NCBI GenBank assembly: GCA_965644295.1
Contig: CBFFRP010000209.1
Span: forward strand, 82,036-146,035
Origin: Paraphysomonas bandaiensis
Taxonomy: Eukaryota > Protista > Chrysophyceae
Length of the DNA stretch: 64,000 nt
Direction of reading: 5' to 3'
The stretch's first letter is position 1. Every line of letters begins with the position of its first letter. The position numbers and the translations under genes are program-made. Positions 11,006 through 22,832 of this stretch are shown here, piece by piece. The notes under the pieces are model-generated. The model saw only the letters and a program-made list of their open reading frames with translations. It did not search any database and was not told the origin of the DNA.

Positions 11006-12951
11006 TATGAAAGTCTTATTATTAGCAGTAGGCATCAAGAACCATCTCCAGATACGTAGTTAGATGAAGACTAATCAAGCTAGATCGACTTCTAACAGTA
11101 ACTAGCTAGTATAAATTCTCCCTCAACAAAGTCGAACTCGCACCTTTTCGTAGTGTTCTGGGGGATAAGTACCGGAGAGACTCTCTCTGGGAAACTAACG
11201 TAAGCCGCAAACATAGTCAGTGGATATTCTTCTGCCCACTCATAGCCGAATGCTTGTGTGGTACAAGGGACACCAATAAGTGCCACTTGTGTAGACGTCT
11301 TTGGGCCCTGACAAATAACAGGCATCCGGGACAGGGCCCACCTGAAAGGTAACCGGGGTATTGGGCTGCCTGCTGAAGTCAAACATCCGGGGTGTTCACC
11401 TTAAGAACTCACAGCGGAAGTGGTCGCATCTTGGTGCTTGCAGCGATGCACAAGCAGCTTCCGTAGCGTTAAATAGTAGGATAAAAAAAGTGTGTACTGA
11501 TTAGTTACAGGTAGAGGTCTAACTAGTTTGTCTAGCATTATCTAGCTACTAAGTTGGTGCAGGTTTTTAACGCCTACTGCTAATAAAATAAGACTTTCAA
11601 TATATAGTATAAATTCTCATATCCTACTATGTAATGCTACAGAAGCTACTTGTGTGTCGCCAGAAGCACCAAGGTGCGACCACTTCCGTTCATATAATGT
11701 GAGGGAGAAGCTCTCTATGGACGTGAGTTCTTGAAGTACAGAAGGATTAGTCAGGAGGACGCCTCTTGGGATAGGGCTCCACAGACAGGACTTTGTGAAG
11801 GAAGAGTCTGTATCAGTAAGTCAAATTTTTCAAACCTGAGATACATGGGCGAGGGGGTAGATTGGGACTCCGGCGTGTCTTGGAATGGCTCGGGCCGCGA
11901 GTTGGGCCTGGAGCAGAGGAGTAGCTGACGGAGTTGGCATCGTGGTGTATCCGCTGAGGCGGGGGAAGTGGAGGAGGAAGGCGACCTGCTGAGGGGCGCG
12001 TTAGGTCTCCTCTTTACACGTATTAAGCGTAGAACCTGCGGTTTACGCTGTGTGTTGCTGTATTTAAATCGTGTGTTGCCACGTGTTTGACGCTGTCTGG
12101 GGGGGAGTCGATGTGACCCCTTACTTGCGACAGCATGAAGACAACTACAATCCTGGACCATTTGTTTTTCTGCAGCTTAAAGCGGTTGAAGAAGGTTAAC
12201 AACTGCTATGTCGAGGGCACGAAGTCCACGCGAATTTAAGGTGCAGTTATATTGTGCTCCAAAAACGCTTTCCTTTTGAGACTCAGTGATAGTTCCTGTG
12301 AAGAATCGTTCAACCTACGGGAGTGAGGTATTCCATGCTCCGCTGGAGAGTTTCTTGAAAATGGCGGTACTCCAAGGTCTGGTAGGGTCTGGTCTAGTTG
12401 GAGTTCCCGAAGACACTCCTTGTGTCTCTGGAAGGCGGATTTACGTATCTGAGTGATGGAGATGTGTGGGCAATCAAGACACATTATGTGTTTGAGCGAG
12501 TCAAGTCGAAAGCCACAGCCGGAGCATCTGGCTTTGTTCAGGTCAAGTCCAAATTTTGTTTCAGCCATATTCCTACCATATCAGGGCTGTATTTGTTCCA
12601 TATCAGGGCTGTATTAAGTATGCGCTGTCGTAGTTGTGAACTCTTCTTAACCTTGGATCTACCGGCCAGTTTGTGCGGAAGTATAAGGCACCGCTCTCTT
12701 TCCAGTATCCAGGTGCACGATCCAGATTATGACCGTAGAGATGGTCACGGAGCGCAGTATAATTCTCTAAAGTCCATTGATCACAAAGAGATTGAAAATT
12801 AGTGATCATAGAGTGGGTAATATACGACGTCAGTGCCATATTCTGGACGTAAGTATACGTTCCATGGCTCTGGCAACATCAATTTCACAGAAAGTGTACT
12901 TGTTACGGTCAACATACAACCAGTCTCCACCTGCAACCGCGTCTGCTATGT
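11006..12951 (-). mobile_element. 5'-truncated LINE (RNase H end plus CCHC knuckle), interrupted by a SINE
   Basis: YIADAVAGGDW, ARCSGCGFRLDSLKHIMCLDCP; probable 12-bp TSD AAAGTTTTGATA (10994-11005) / AAAGTTTAGATA (12952-12963). Confidence 0.85.
11121..11604 (+). mobile_element. SINE-like non-autonomous retroelement, copy A
   Basis: Perfect 14-bp TSD TAGTATAAATTCTC (11107-11120, 11605-11618); head shared with copies at 22251 and 54237; 3' tail homologous to the LINE tail. Confidence 0.9.
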
Positions 12952-14435
12952 AAAGTTTAGATACAAATAACAAATGTTGCGGAGCCATATGCAATTTTCT
13001 TCAGATTTTGATTGTATAGCATCATGTTTTGTCCCCTATCATTTGAGAAAGCCGCCTGTCGCTATCAAGAGTACACGGCTGCAGTATGTCACGAACAACC
13101 TTTTGATGTTATAACTGAGTATCAAGGTTCTGGTTGTTAGAATTATACATTTCTCATAAGTTTATATGAAATATCTTTTAATTCATATTTTTTGTATTCT
13201 GTATATAAAAGATTCTACGCAAGATCATTACCTTGTGTTGACTGTTCCGTATAGGCGAGCTTTGTACGGATTAAATAAATTGGAGACACAGCATGTTTAC
13301 CGCGGCATTATATCTTTATAAGTTATGTCAAACAGACATACATTGAACTGTCAGGAGAAAACTTATATATTTACTGTAGAAAGTTATATACTTTTGTCGG
13401 CTAATGATAATTTCACTGTACTGTCTGAATATACACCATAATGTCTGAGTGTTATTTCTCCCTGCTTATGATGAGGTCAGCATTCACCAAGTTTCCTTAT
13501 GCGTAGTTGTCTGTTTAAAAATTGAACCTTTTCATAGCATAACTTATAAACAAACGTTATACAATATCGTGCAAAATTTTCTGTGTAACAACTCGTGCAA
13601 CACTGAGCATGTACATGTAATATATACCCTATTGTAAATAGAATCACTGATGATAAACATTAACATATAGAAGGAAGATACAGCTGCAGTCATACTCCGA
13701 AACTGTATCTCACGTACAACACTTGCTGCGGGCACCATACTAACTCATGAGGTGTTACGTCATCTGTGGCGGAAATAGAGATGATAGAGTGGTAACTGTT
13801 ATTGTGTAAACAGTAATTTTATGGGGTAGAACTATTACCCATACAACCGCATATACATATATTCAGGAACTATAGCGATATATAGAAGGAAAGGTACATA
13901 TATATATGTCTAAAGTATCAGTGAAGCGACGTTGGAACGACTTCTCGCTGCTTACGTGAATATAGTCCCAATTTTCTATAACGTTAAAAGATATAAGCTA
14001 TTGTTTATGTTTGAATCCCCTCTTATCTATTAGTTTAACCTACCTATGAATCACCCTCCCTATATGCTTTAACATACAGCAGCCTCCACCAACCTGCTAT
14101 GTGCTTATGTAGCTATAGGTCAAAGTAACGGTAAACAAATTAAGAGAATTTCATTACAAAGTCATTTTTATAAGAAAAAGGGGGGGTTTATAAGTATATT
14201 TCTAAGTTTTCTATTGTTAAAATCCCTATTTTCATAAATTATGATTTCATGAAAAATCATCGTTTTTTCAGTGAAAGTGAAAAAAAGTGACTTTTTAATG
14301 GAAAAACAATAACTTCTCAATGAAATAAACCATAAACAAGTCAATAAAATCGATATATGCATAGAGATCAATCCATCCATACATGTATATCTATTGAGGT
14401 AATCTTTAAACCTTTAGATTCTTAATTATAGAAAG

Positions 14436-15575
14436 ATGAACCGTATTGAAATCTCACCAACTATTACAAATCATCATAGAAATGATAGTAATGAAGAATT
14501 ATTTATACAACAGAATATTATATGGAAACTTATACGAAATAAACAATTTGAAAACTCATTTCTGTTTATTATCATACTTAATATAATTTTAGCTGCTATA
14601 ACAGCTGAAAATCGGACTAAATCTACTGATTTAATTGGTTTGATATTTACAATATACTTTTGTATTATTATGATACTTCGAATAGCTGGTAATGGGGTGA
14701 AAAAAACATTGGCAGATGGATGGGATGTGTTTTCTTGGATAGTTGTTATTATTGCAATAGTTGGAGACTCACAACGTATTGGCAATGGGCAGTATGTATT
14801 AGTTTTTTTTTGCTTTAGATTACTTAGAATGTTCAAATTACTACGAGCTCTACCAACGTTACGCATGGCAGTATATGCGGTCCTGACTAGTGTCAGCGTA
14901 ATAGGCAGTTTTGCCGTTACGTTATTGATATTTATCTTTCCAACTGCAATTCTACTGACAGTTGCCATTGGTAATAACTCCAAGCTGGTATGTCGTCGTG
15001 TATCTCTGTGTGCATTGTATATGTAAACATCAAACTGGTCGTAGTTTATTGAATGAAATAGCGAGTGTATACCACCTGTCTTCCATACCAATCTATTGTT
15101 AACCATGAATTTATATCTGATTTTTCAACAGGCACACGAGATGACTGACGAAGGTACGCTTAACAAGGAGCTATGGGGAACACTACCGAAGTCCATGCTA
15201 TCGCTGTTTCAAGTGGCGACCCTCGATTGGGGTGATATTGTGCGCGCATCAGTGCTACAACAGCCACTCTTGGCTATTGTATTTATATCATATATCGTTG
15301 TAACTGGTTTTGCTGTGAGTAATGTTTTCATTACAATCATTGGCGAGAACTACACCACGATATCCAGTAAGAATGCCGAGGATGAAGCAGAAGTAGATGG
15401 CAAAGACGAAATTTTTAATGAATTTCTAAAAGGTTATCCTGCCACGACTGAGCAAATAGAGTCGGCCAGGTTAATTCAATTTTCAAACGCTGAAATTGTA
15501 TGTATGCTGCTAACACTGAATAATCGTATGCTCCAGCATACCCAAGATAATCGCCGTGAAACAGAGAATTCTTAG
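14436..15575 (+). CDS. Single-domain voltage-gated cation channel (EukCat/BacNav-like); exons 14436-14987, 15132-15575 (331 aa)
   Basis: Six hydrophobic segments, S4 FRLLRMFKLLRALPTLR, pore SLFQVATLDWGDIVR; phase-0 intron 14988-15131. Confidence 0.85.
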
Positions 15576-16590
15576 TTCAATTTATGTTAGAAAGTCTTAC
15601 TTGTTTACGTGTTAGCAGTTAGCAATATTATAGACGATTCTGATGCTCTGCTTATATTTATATTGTCTTGTTTACCGACGTTTAGATGATCAGCCATACG
15701 CCAATTGCCATGAATATAGTATAGGTATGGCAGCACATGGTAACAGTTAGCAGAGTAATACTTTTAATTAAAACAAGTCAATCCTATGAGAGAATTGCAC
15801 TTTATCGCGTTTGCTATCTATTGTTATGAACTACCCAATGAATATTGAGTTTGTTAACACTTTCTAGAGATTACATGCGGCTATTCTAACGACTTCTAGA
15901 GTTAGCAAATAAGTTCAATTGACGACTTGTACTGTTGCTCTGTCAACCAAATCATTCACTCGGCTAGTAGCTTGTAGACCTAGATCCCGTTTTGCTCATC
16001 CTCTATATCAATGAGTCTACACTAAACATGTTTACATCGATATATACTGTCAATGGAGAGTCACAATTGCATACATACATGTATAGATTATCGTCGTATT
16101 ATATTATAAACGTCAAGTACACGGATGTAGTATTCTAGGAAGGGATAGTGCGCAAAATAGTGTGGTAAGATATATAAATATCTGTTTATTTATTAGCCAA
16201 AGTGGTGCTGTCAGAACAGTACTATTCTTGTGGTCTTGCTGATGATAGCTTTATCACATGGACTCCAATCCCAGCTTCCTCCTTACGATAAACAGAAAGT
16301 TTTCTTCTAGAGACAGCCATACCGGACAGTGAAACCATGTGCATATGCACCTTGCTCCGTCGAAGAGGTTCACAGTTTCAACAGAGACATAAGTGTGTTC
16401 TTATGAAGCTTATACATGGCTGTAGCTATAGTGAAGCTGTAGTTGTTGACTGTTACTATCGTGATAAGCTTCATATCCACTCGAGTGATCGTCTCATATG
16501 AGCGCAGAGGACTCTTACTGTGTTACAACTAAACACTATCAGCTGAAAGATGAGTTGATAAGACTGTACAATACGAGCCCAGTCTCCTCA

Positions 16591-16591
<1 letters not shown>

Positions 16592-16640
<49 letters not shown>
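16592..16640. repeat. Compound (CT)n(AT)n microsatellite
   Basis: Directly visible. Confidence 0.95.
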
Positions 16641-16815
16641 TGTGGAGGTGTATCTTGGCATGTATGTATGTTGGCATCATATGGATATGCTGCTGTGGAG
16701 CTGACTGTATGTATCCATATAAATATCCATACGACACACTCCATACATAGAGATAGTATTATGTGATTTATATTATGATATAAATCGAATGCACTCATCA
16801 CCATTCGTGGGTAAT

Positions 16816-16897
16816 GGCAGGATGGCCGAGTGGTTAAGGCGTTGGCCTGCTAAGCCAATGTGCAATGCATGCGTGGGTTCGAATCCCACTTCTGTCG
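16816..16897 (+). tRNA. tRNA-Ser (anticodon GCT)
   Basis: Acceptor GGCAGGA/TTCTGTC, D-arm GCCGAGTGGTTAAGGC, anticodon arm TTGGC-CTGCTAA-GCCAA, long variable arm, T-arm GTGGG-TTCGAAT-CCCAC, discriminator G. Confidence 0.97.
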
Positions 16898-17231
16898 CAA
16901 TAGTCCCCGATATATTTTTTTCACTTTATCAAGCTCCCTAATCAAAAATCAGGGTTTTTTATGTATCTCACACACAATATTCCTAATATACAGGTATAAA
17001 ATAGTAGCAACCTTATATATACAGCTATAAATACTCCGTATATCTTAACCGTTACGTATGCTATGAGTGCTTTGTATGACAGTGCTATGGTACACTGACT
17101 TTTTAAGTAGTGTAAATAACCACACCTTTCGACACATTTCATTCTCTCATATTTTATTTAAGTATCAGTGCAAACATAGCACCGCAGTGAATTTCATTAG
17201 ACTAATTGCTCTTTAAGATACGGTCCCACAA

Positions 17232-18092
17232 ATGGGGTCTGCTGCATCATTGAGCGGTGATACTCAAATCGACATCGACAAAGCAAAAGAGATAGCAGGA
17301 GATGCATGGACACCAGAGCTCGAAGCACGTTTCAAATCAGCTGTTGAAGAAAAAAGTCCATTTACTTTAGACGATGCTAGGAAACTTGCACCTGAATTGT
17401 TTGGAGAAGAAATGGTAGGATTAGAGAAGGTAAAAGAATTGGCTCTTGCAAGCGGAGTAGAGTGGAATGATGAATTAAACAACATATTTGAGGCGAATGT
17501 AGACAAAGAGAAGGGTGAAATACCTTTATCAAAGTGGAAATCTCTTGTGCCAACGCTCTTTGAAACTCCCGAAGAGAGGAAGCAGCGTTTAGACGCGGAA
17601 TTTAGAGCCTTACTGGCGGCTAAGAGCGAGGGCAATGTAGTAGTCAACTACCAAATGTACAACGAAGAATTCCCCATATCGGAAAACACGTTGACAGCAG
17701 CACGCATTGATGAAGACTATGGCTTGACAGATGTCATGCCAGGATGTCGCATCCGCCTTTCAACTATAGACTCGAAGGCGCGTACAACGTATGAGAATGC
17801 TAACAACTGCGAGGCACCTTGGGTAAAAGAAGATCCAGAAGGGACTTTCCGGGAGTTACTCGCGGGGGAGAAATATTTTTGCATAGTTATTGAGAACCCA
17901 GAGCAGTATGCGAAGGATATGGAGGCTCTGCGGGTGCGATTGGAAGCTGAGGGAGGGGCACCGGTAGAGAGCAGCGGTAGAGCAGAAGGATGCTCATGCC
18001 TATATGGCAACCCCTGCATGGACCAATACATATGCAAGGACTGGGACAACAGATATGCTGTAGCAAAAGCAAATGGATGGAAAGGGTTTTAA
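17232..18092 (+). CDS. Hypothetical N-myristoylated protein with C-terminal Cys cluster
   Basis: 286-aa intronless ORF, MGSAAS start, ending EGCSCLYGNPCMDQYICKDWDNRYAVAKANGW. Confidence 0.8.
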   Translation: MGSAASLSGDTQIDIDKAKEIAGDAWTPELEARFKSAVEEKSPFTLDDARKLAPELFGEEMVGLEKVKELALASGVEWNDELNNIFEANVDKEKGEIPLSKWKSLVPTLFETPEERKQRLDAEFRALLAAKSEGNVVVNYQMYNEEFPISENTLTAARIDEDYGLTDVMPGCRIRLSTIDSKARTTYENANNCEAPWVKEDPEGTFRELLAGEKYFCIVIENPEQYAKDMEALRVRLEAEGGAPVESSGRAEGCSCLYGNPCMDQYICKDWDNRYAVAKANGWKGF

Positions 18093-19883
18093 CATTTTAT
18101 AAGAGTGTTGTGTGTGGTGTCTGCATGAACATGTCCATGTACCATGTATAATGTGTTTATGTTTAGTCTGACAGAATATTCTGTGCTTTTGTTTCCGTTG
18201 GCTGGGTTGTATGTACAGGACGTTATGACATTAAGCCTTTGCAATGCGAATTGGCGTTTGTTGCGTTATAGGTTGCTGACAGATGATTCAAATAAACATA
18301 ACAATTGTACTTTATTTTTCGCGTATCCATGGTAGTTACTTGTATTGTTTGTAATGTTATTGTAGCTCTTTCGATTTTTACATTTTTATAAAAGTGTATA
18401 ATATTAACAGCATTTTCTATAGCTGGAATACAAACTGAAAAGTTTGGGCATGCAGAGTCCCCACCTGCTTCCGTCATACAATTATATTGTCTAATATATC
18501 TGGAACATAGACTGTGCTATTAATTATGATCACACCGCGTAACTATGAAGTATGAAGGTCTAGCATTATATATCATATGCTATTGGCTTTGATTTAACTT
18601 CTGCAAATGACGTGAGTGATGAATGGAGGCATCGAGGCATCAGTTCCATAAACTCGATTGCCCTATAACACTGATACACCAGCACAGTCTCGGGGAAATG
18701 CTTTGAATATATTAATTTATATATGTTTTGATAGAGTGATATGATAAAATTGATACTCCAGAGCCCGTCAAAACAACTTTATGTGTGCATGTAACATGCA
18801 AATTTATCCAAGTTATCTAATTTGAAGTTATATACAGCATCATGTACGTGTTACTGTGGATAAATATACCGTCATGTAGAAACAGGCCAATCTTCGTCGA
18901 CGAGTAATCTACCCACGGACATGTCATATGGTTCTCCTGACCTATGCAGGGCAGTAAACTATCCCAGCTTTATGGTATTGGACCTCGAGTACAACTTCGA
19001 TAATCTCCATATTACCATCTATTAAACACTGCTTGAAACTTGACCACCATTTGCTGCTTATGTCTTTGGCTCTTATACTCTAATTGTATCTGTTGAGTAC
19101 GATCTCACATATAGCACACTCTTGAGCTATCTTGTTTACAGCTTGTGGTGCAGCCTCATTATGTATATCATCGTTTATATGAGGAGTTGTATCTTTCTCT
19201 CTACAACAGCTTTAACTTGAATAATATTCATACTTCTATTTGTATTCGCATTTCTTAAGGGATGCCCTGTGCCCTTGCTAACACCCTATACATGTATATA
19301 CAGCTATATGTATGTTATATAAATATAGGGTCAAAGCTGCCAAAAATATCGCTCAAAATGGGCTTTATTTTACTAAAAAGCATGATATTTATCATAAAAA
19401 CTAAAAAAACATAAACTAATTACAAAAAAATGTGTAGAAAACTATTAATTTTCTTATGTAGAATTTTCCAACCGTTTTGTTTTTCAACATACCACCACTA
19501 AAAATTCCATACCATAACTATAAACGTATGTACTCTGTATAGTATACTCCTGTATAATTCTATCCATTGAAACGTAATACGAATACATCACTTCATCTCT
19601 ATACATATACATACATATATGCCTATAATATCATCATATTACTTCTATTAATATTTCAACTTCATTCTTATATGAAGTCGAAGTGAAATTTGTATCTATA
19701 CTCCCCCCTATTGATATTATCATACCAGTCTATCGTATATAATATGATAGTATATGGGGATATATAGGAGGTTATTCTACTATGTAGAAACCTGTAAAAA
19801 AAACTACTACTATTTAATATGATTTTCATTTAATTTATTTATTTATCTGAATATATATATATAAAAGTATAGTTTTGTGAATA

Positions 19884-21254
19884 ATGTTAACACATAATCC
19901 ATCTGGTACATTACCACCATTAGAAATCCCATTAAAAACTCAACGTACAACTATTACATCCCCACAATATACTCATATATCAATACATCGTCAATGGCGT
20001 ATAAAAGATACTGGTAAAAAACAAATTAATATGAATATATGGTCATCTGTATCATACATATCACAACAAATGAGTGTATTATCATATGCATTAAATAGAT
20101 ATACAAAAAAAACAGGAGCATTCAATAAATTAACTACGTCTGGTAATAATGATGAGGATGAGACTCCAATGAATGGAATTATGAGGATTATAACATCATG
20201 TATGGAACGTATACAAATTGTTATGTCAGTGAAACAAGCATTAGTTGATATACGTATGCAAATGTTTTTATTATCACCATGGATTGCACAATTTGATCGT
20301 TTATTATCGAATGTGATTCGTATACTTAATGATCGTGCTGCTATGCTATGGAGACGTAATGCATATGTTCCACTGGAGAGGGCCTGTATGCTTCACCAGG
20401 ATGTAACTTCCATCAGTAACATCCTCAACAAAGTATTGACAATTTTTTCTCCTCGTCAAGTTACTGTAGCAGGCACTCCGTGTCTCAAGTCCTCTGGTTC
20501 GTTTACGAATGAGCCCCAGTCGTATCTTGTGGACAGTCAGTTGTGCCCATTAGTGCACCAGGTGATCACCCGCATGCGTTTTCACCTTTCCCGTACAGTG
20601 CCACTCATGTACACCCATGTCGAAAAGTTAATAGTGAAGAGATTAAGCGATGCGCTTTCGACCACAATCAGCAGTTGCTTACACAAAAACAGCTTTCAAG
20701 GCAAGCGGCGAAGCCGAGAGCTTACGCTTGGGAGTACTGTGCGCGATAATCTCCTCCAACCTGTTCTTACCTCTGTGAAGGCTCATTGTCGGGCTCAGTC
20801 TTCCATAGAGCGTATTATGACTGCTGCAACTAATTGCTGCATTGATCGCATTTTGGCGTTTATAAAAGAGAAGAGACTACGCTTTAACGAGGTTGGTGTG
20901 TTTGCTCTAAGTGCACAGCTAGACTGCCTGCTTCAGTGGGTTCTACGTGCCAAAAGTTTTCTTGGATTACCCCCGTCAGCCCGTCTTGTCATAGATGTTT
21001 CTCCGTGGCTTCGTGCGAATGGAATCATGCACATTCTTCTTGCGGCCACGAGTGGAATGCTTCCCGACTCTACCGACTCATCGGACAAAACACGTATCAT
21101 ATGCCGCCATCTTACCATATTTGAGCAAGAACGATGGGCGGAATTGGGTGCTCCCAAGTCTCTGTTATGTGTGAAAATGCCTGTTATGATAGCATTGAAG
21201 AGGCGCGGCGCAGCTGTATCGATATCTGTTTCCTTGGACATTCGGGACATATGA
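19884..21254 (+). CDS. Helical protein, possibly CCDC142/CATCHR tethering-like
   Basis: 456-aa ORF; DRILAFIKEKRLRFNEVGVFALSAQLDCLLQWV resembles the CATCHR C-terminal motif; family call tentative. Confidence 0.65.
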   Translation: MLTHNPSGTLPPLEIPLKTQRTTITSPQYTHISIHRQWRIKDTGKKQINMNIWSSVSYISQQMSVLSYALNRYTKKTGAFNKLTTSGNNDEDETPMNGIMRIITSCMERIQIVMSVKQALVDIRMQMFLLSPWIAQFDRLLSNVIRILNDRAAMLWRRNAYVPLERACMLHQDVTSISNILNKVLTIFSPRQVTVAGTPCLKSSGSFTNEPQSYLVDSQLCPLVHQVITRMRFHLSRTVPLMYTHVEKLIVKRLSDALSTTISSCLHKNSFQGKRRSRELTLGSTVRDNLLQPVLTSVKAHCRAQSSIERIMTAATNCCIDRILAFIKEKRLRFNEVGVFALSAQLDCLLQWVLRAKSFLGLPPSARLVIDVSPWLRANGIMHILLAATSGMLPDSTDSSDKTRIICRHLTIFEQERWAELGAPKSLLCVKMPVMIALKRRGAAVSISVSLDIRDI

Positions 21255-22250
21255 CGTCCACTGCTTTATATACTGCAGTATTTTTGAATCGGGCCGCAGA
21301 TATTTTGACACTAGGTGGCATAAAAATGTCACAATAATATGATAGCACGTTAAATTGAATTTAACAGGATTAGGGGAACTTTATGGTGATCATTGTGTTG
21401 TTTTTTTATATTGCGTGTTCTTGTTATGATGTTGATACTAGGTCTCAGTAGATGAAGGTTATATAAAACGAATGGCTCCTGTACCCCAAACTGATATTAC
21501 TACACTATTAAAGCAGGAAGCTGTTGATGAAAGGATAATAAATATTTAAAATATTACATAGAATGATGCATAACCATACTTATCTTTTGTAATATCGGTG
21601 CCCGAAGATGATATTGTATATTTCAAGCGTCGTATTGAACACCTCATGTCTGTTCTTTTCAAACTTCACTTGAACACTTATTGTCTCCGTTTCTATATTC
21701 AATCTGGCATTTAGCGGTTATTTTTGGCTCCAATATATACTATATACGATATAATGACCTATAATTGAAAGGGTTTGGTTAACTTTTCTAGTAGCTGTAT
21801 ATAGTATACTATATACCGCTGACAGTGCACAGTAAGTAACTATGAAGATATTAACAGTGCAGAACTTGGTGATCTTTCGATGAGAAAAAAATGATGATCC
21901 TCTACCTGCGGATGATACTCCACCTACTAGTAATGTGCCCCCAACGGCTATTGCCGCATCGTCTCCGAGCATAACCACTAACACTAGTGTAAGTTGTAGC
22001 GGTGTTATTGCATGTAGTAGTGGTGAGATAGCAATATATGTATGTCTTGTATCCAAAATCAGGCTATTTGGTTGCAGCGTTTACAATCTCAAGAGAGGCA
22101 AATGCAGCTACATATGAGAATATGATATTACAAAACAGTATACTTTAAAGAAATGAATTATTATTAATCTAAGCACTTCACAACATATTCATGTAACATC
22201 TGGTGAGCATCTGTTCTCAGTTCTCAGAGACACCTGTATATCATATGTTC

Positions 22251-22686
22251 CCTCAACAAAGTCGGACTCGTACCTTATCGTGGTGTTCTGCTGGGGGATA
22301 AGAACAGGAGATATTTCTCCGGGAAACTAATGTGAGTCGCATATATAGTCAGCAGATATTCTTCTGCCCACTCATAGCCGAATGCTTGTGTGGCACAAGG
22401 GACACTAATAAGTTTTACTTGTGTAGACGTCTTTGGCCCTTGACAAATACACAGACATCCGGTAATGGGCCCACCTCAAGAACATCAAGAGTATATAGTG
22501 CTGCCTACGGGATGTCAAAAAATCAGAGAGCAAAAGTGGTTGTACCTTTTAGCTTGCGGTGACGCACAAGTAGCGTTTGTAGCGCTAAATAGTAGGATAG
22601 CAGAGATAAGCACTAGTAAGTAAATTGTTTTGCTAGACTAGTTCTGACTCTTACAAGCCTTTTGCTAATAATCAGACATTCACTAC
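22251..22686 (+). mobile_element. SINE-like element, copy B (type-2 tail)
   Basis: TSD TATCATATGTTCCC at 22239-22252 and 22687-22700; same head as copy A. Confidence 0.88.
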
Positions 22687-22832
22687 TATCATATGTTCCC
22701 CAGTTACTCCTATATCTTATAATGTCACACAGCAGTAACTGAATTTTACTTCCCTCTTGTTACACAATATTCACCCGTTACCCGTTACACCTATGAGTTG
22801 ATTTTATCAATTACACACTATTAACACTACAA

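Noticed and set aside
12964-13740. Possible multi-exon gene remnant on the minus strand
   Set aside because: Splice-like signals exist, but I could not build a consistent frame or recognise a product.
14474-15106. 210-aa antisense ORF and similar antisense ORFs over other genes
   Set aside because: They are shadow frames of well-supported genes and carry no recognisable motifs.
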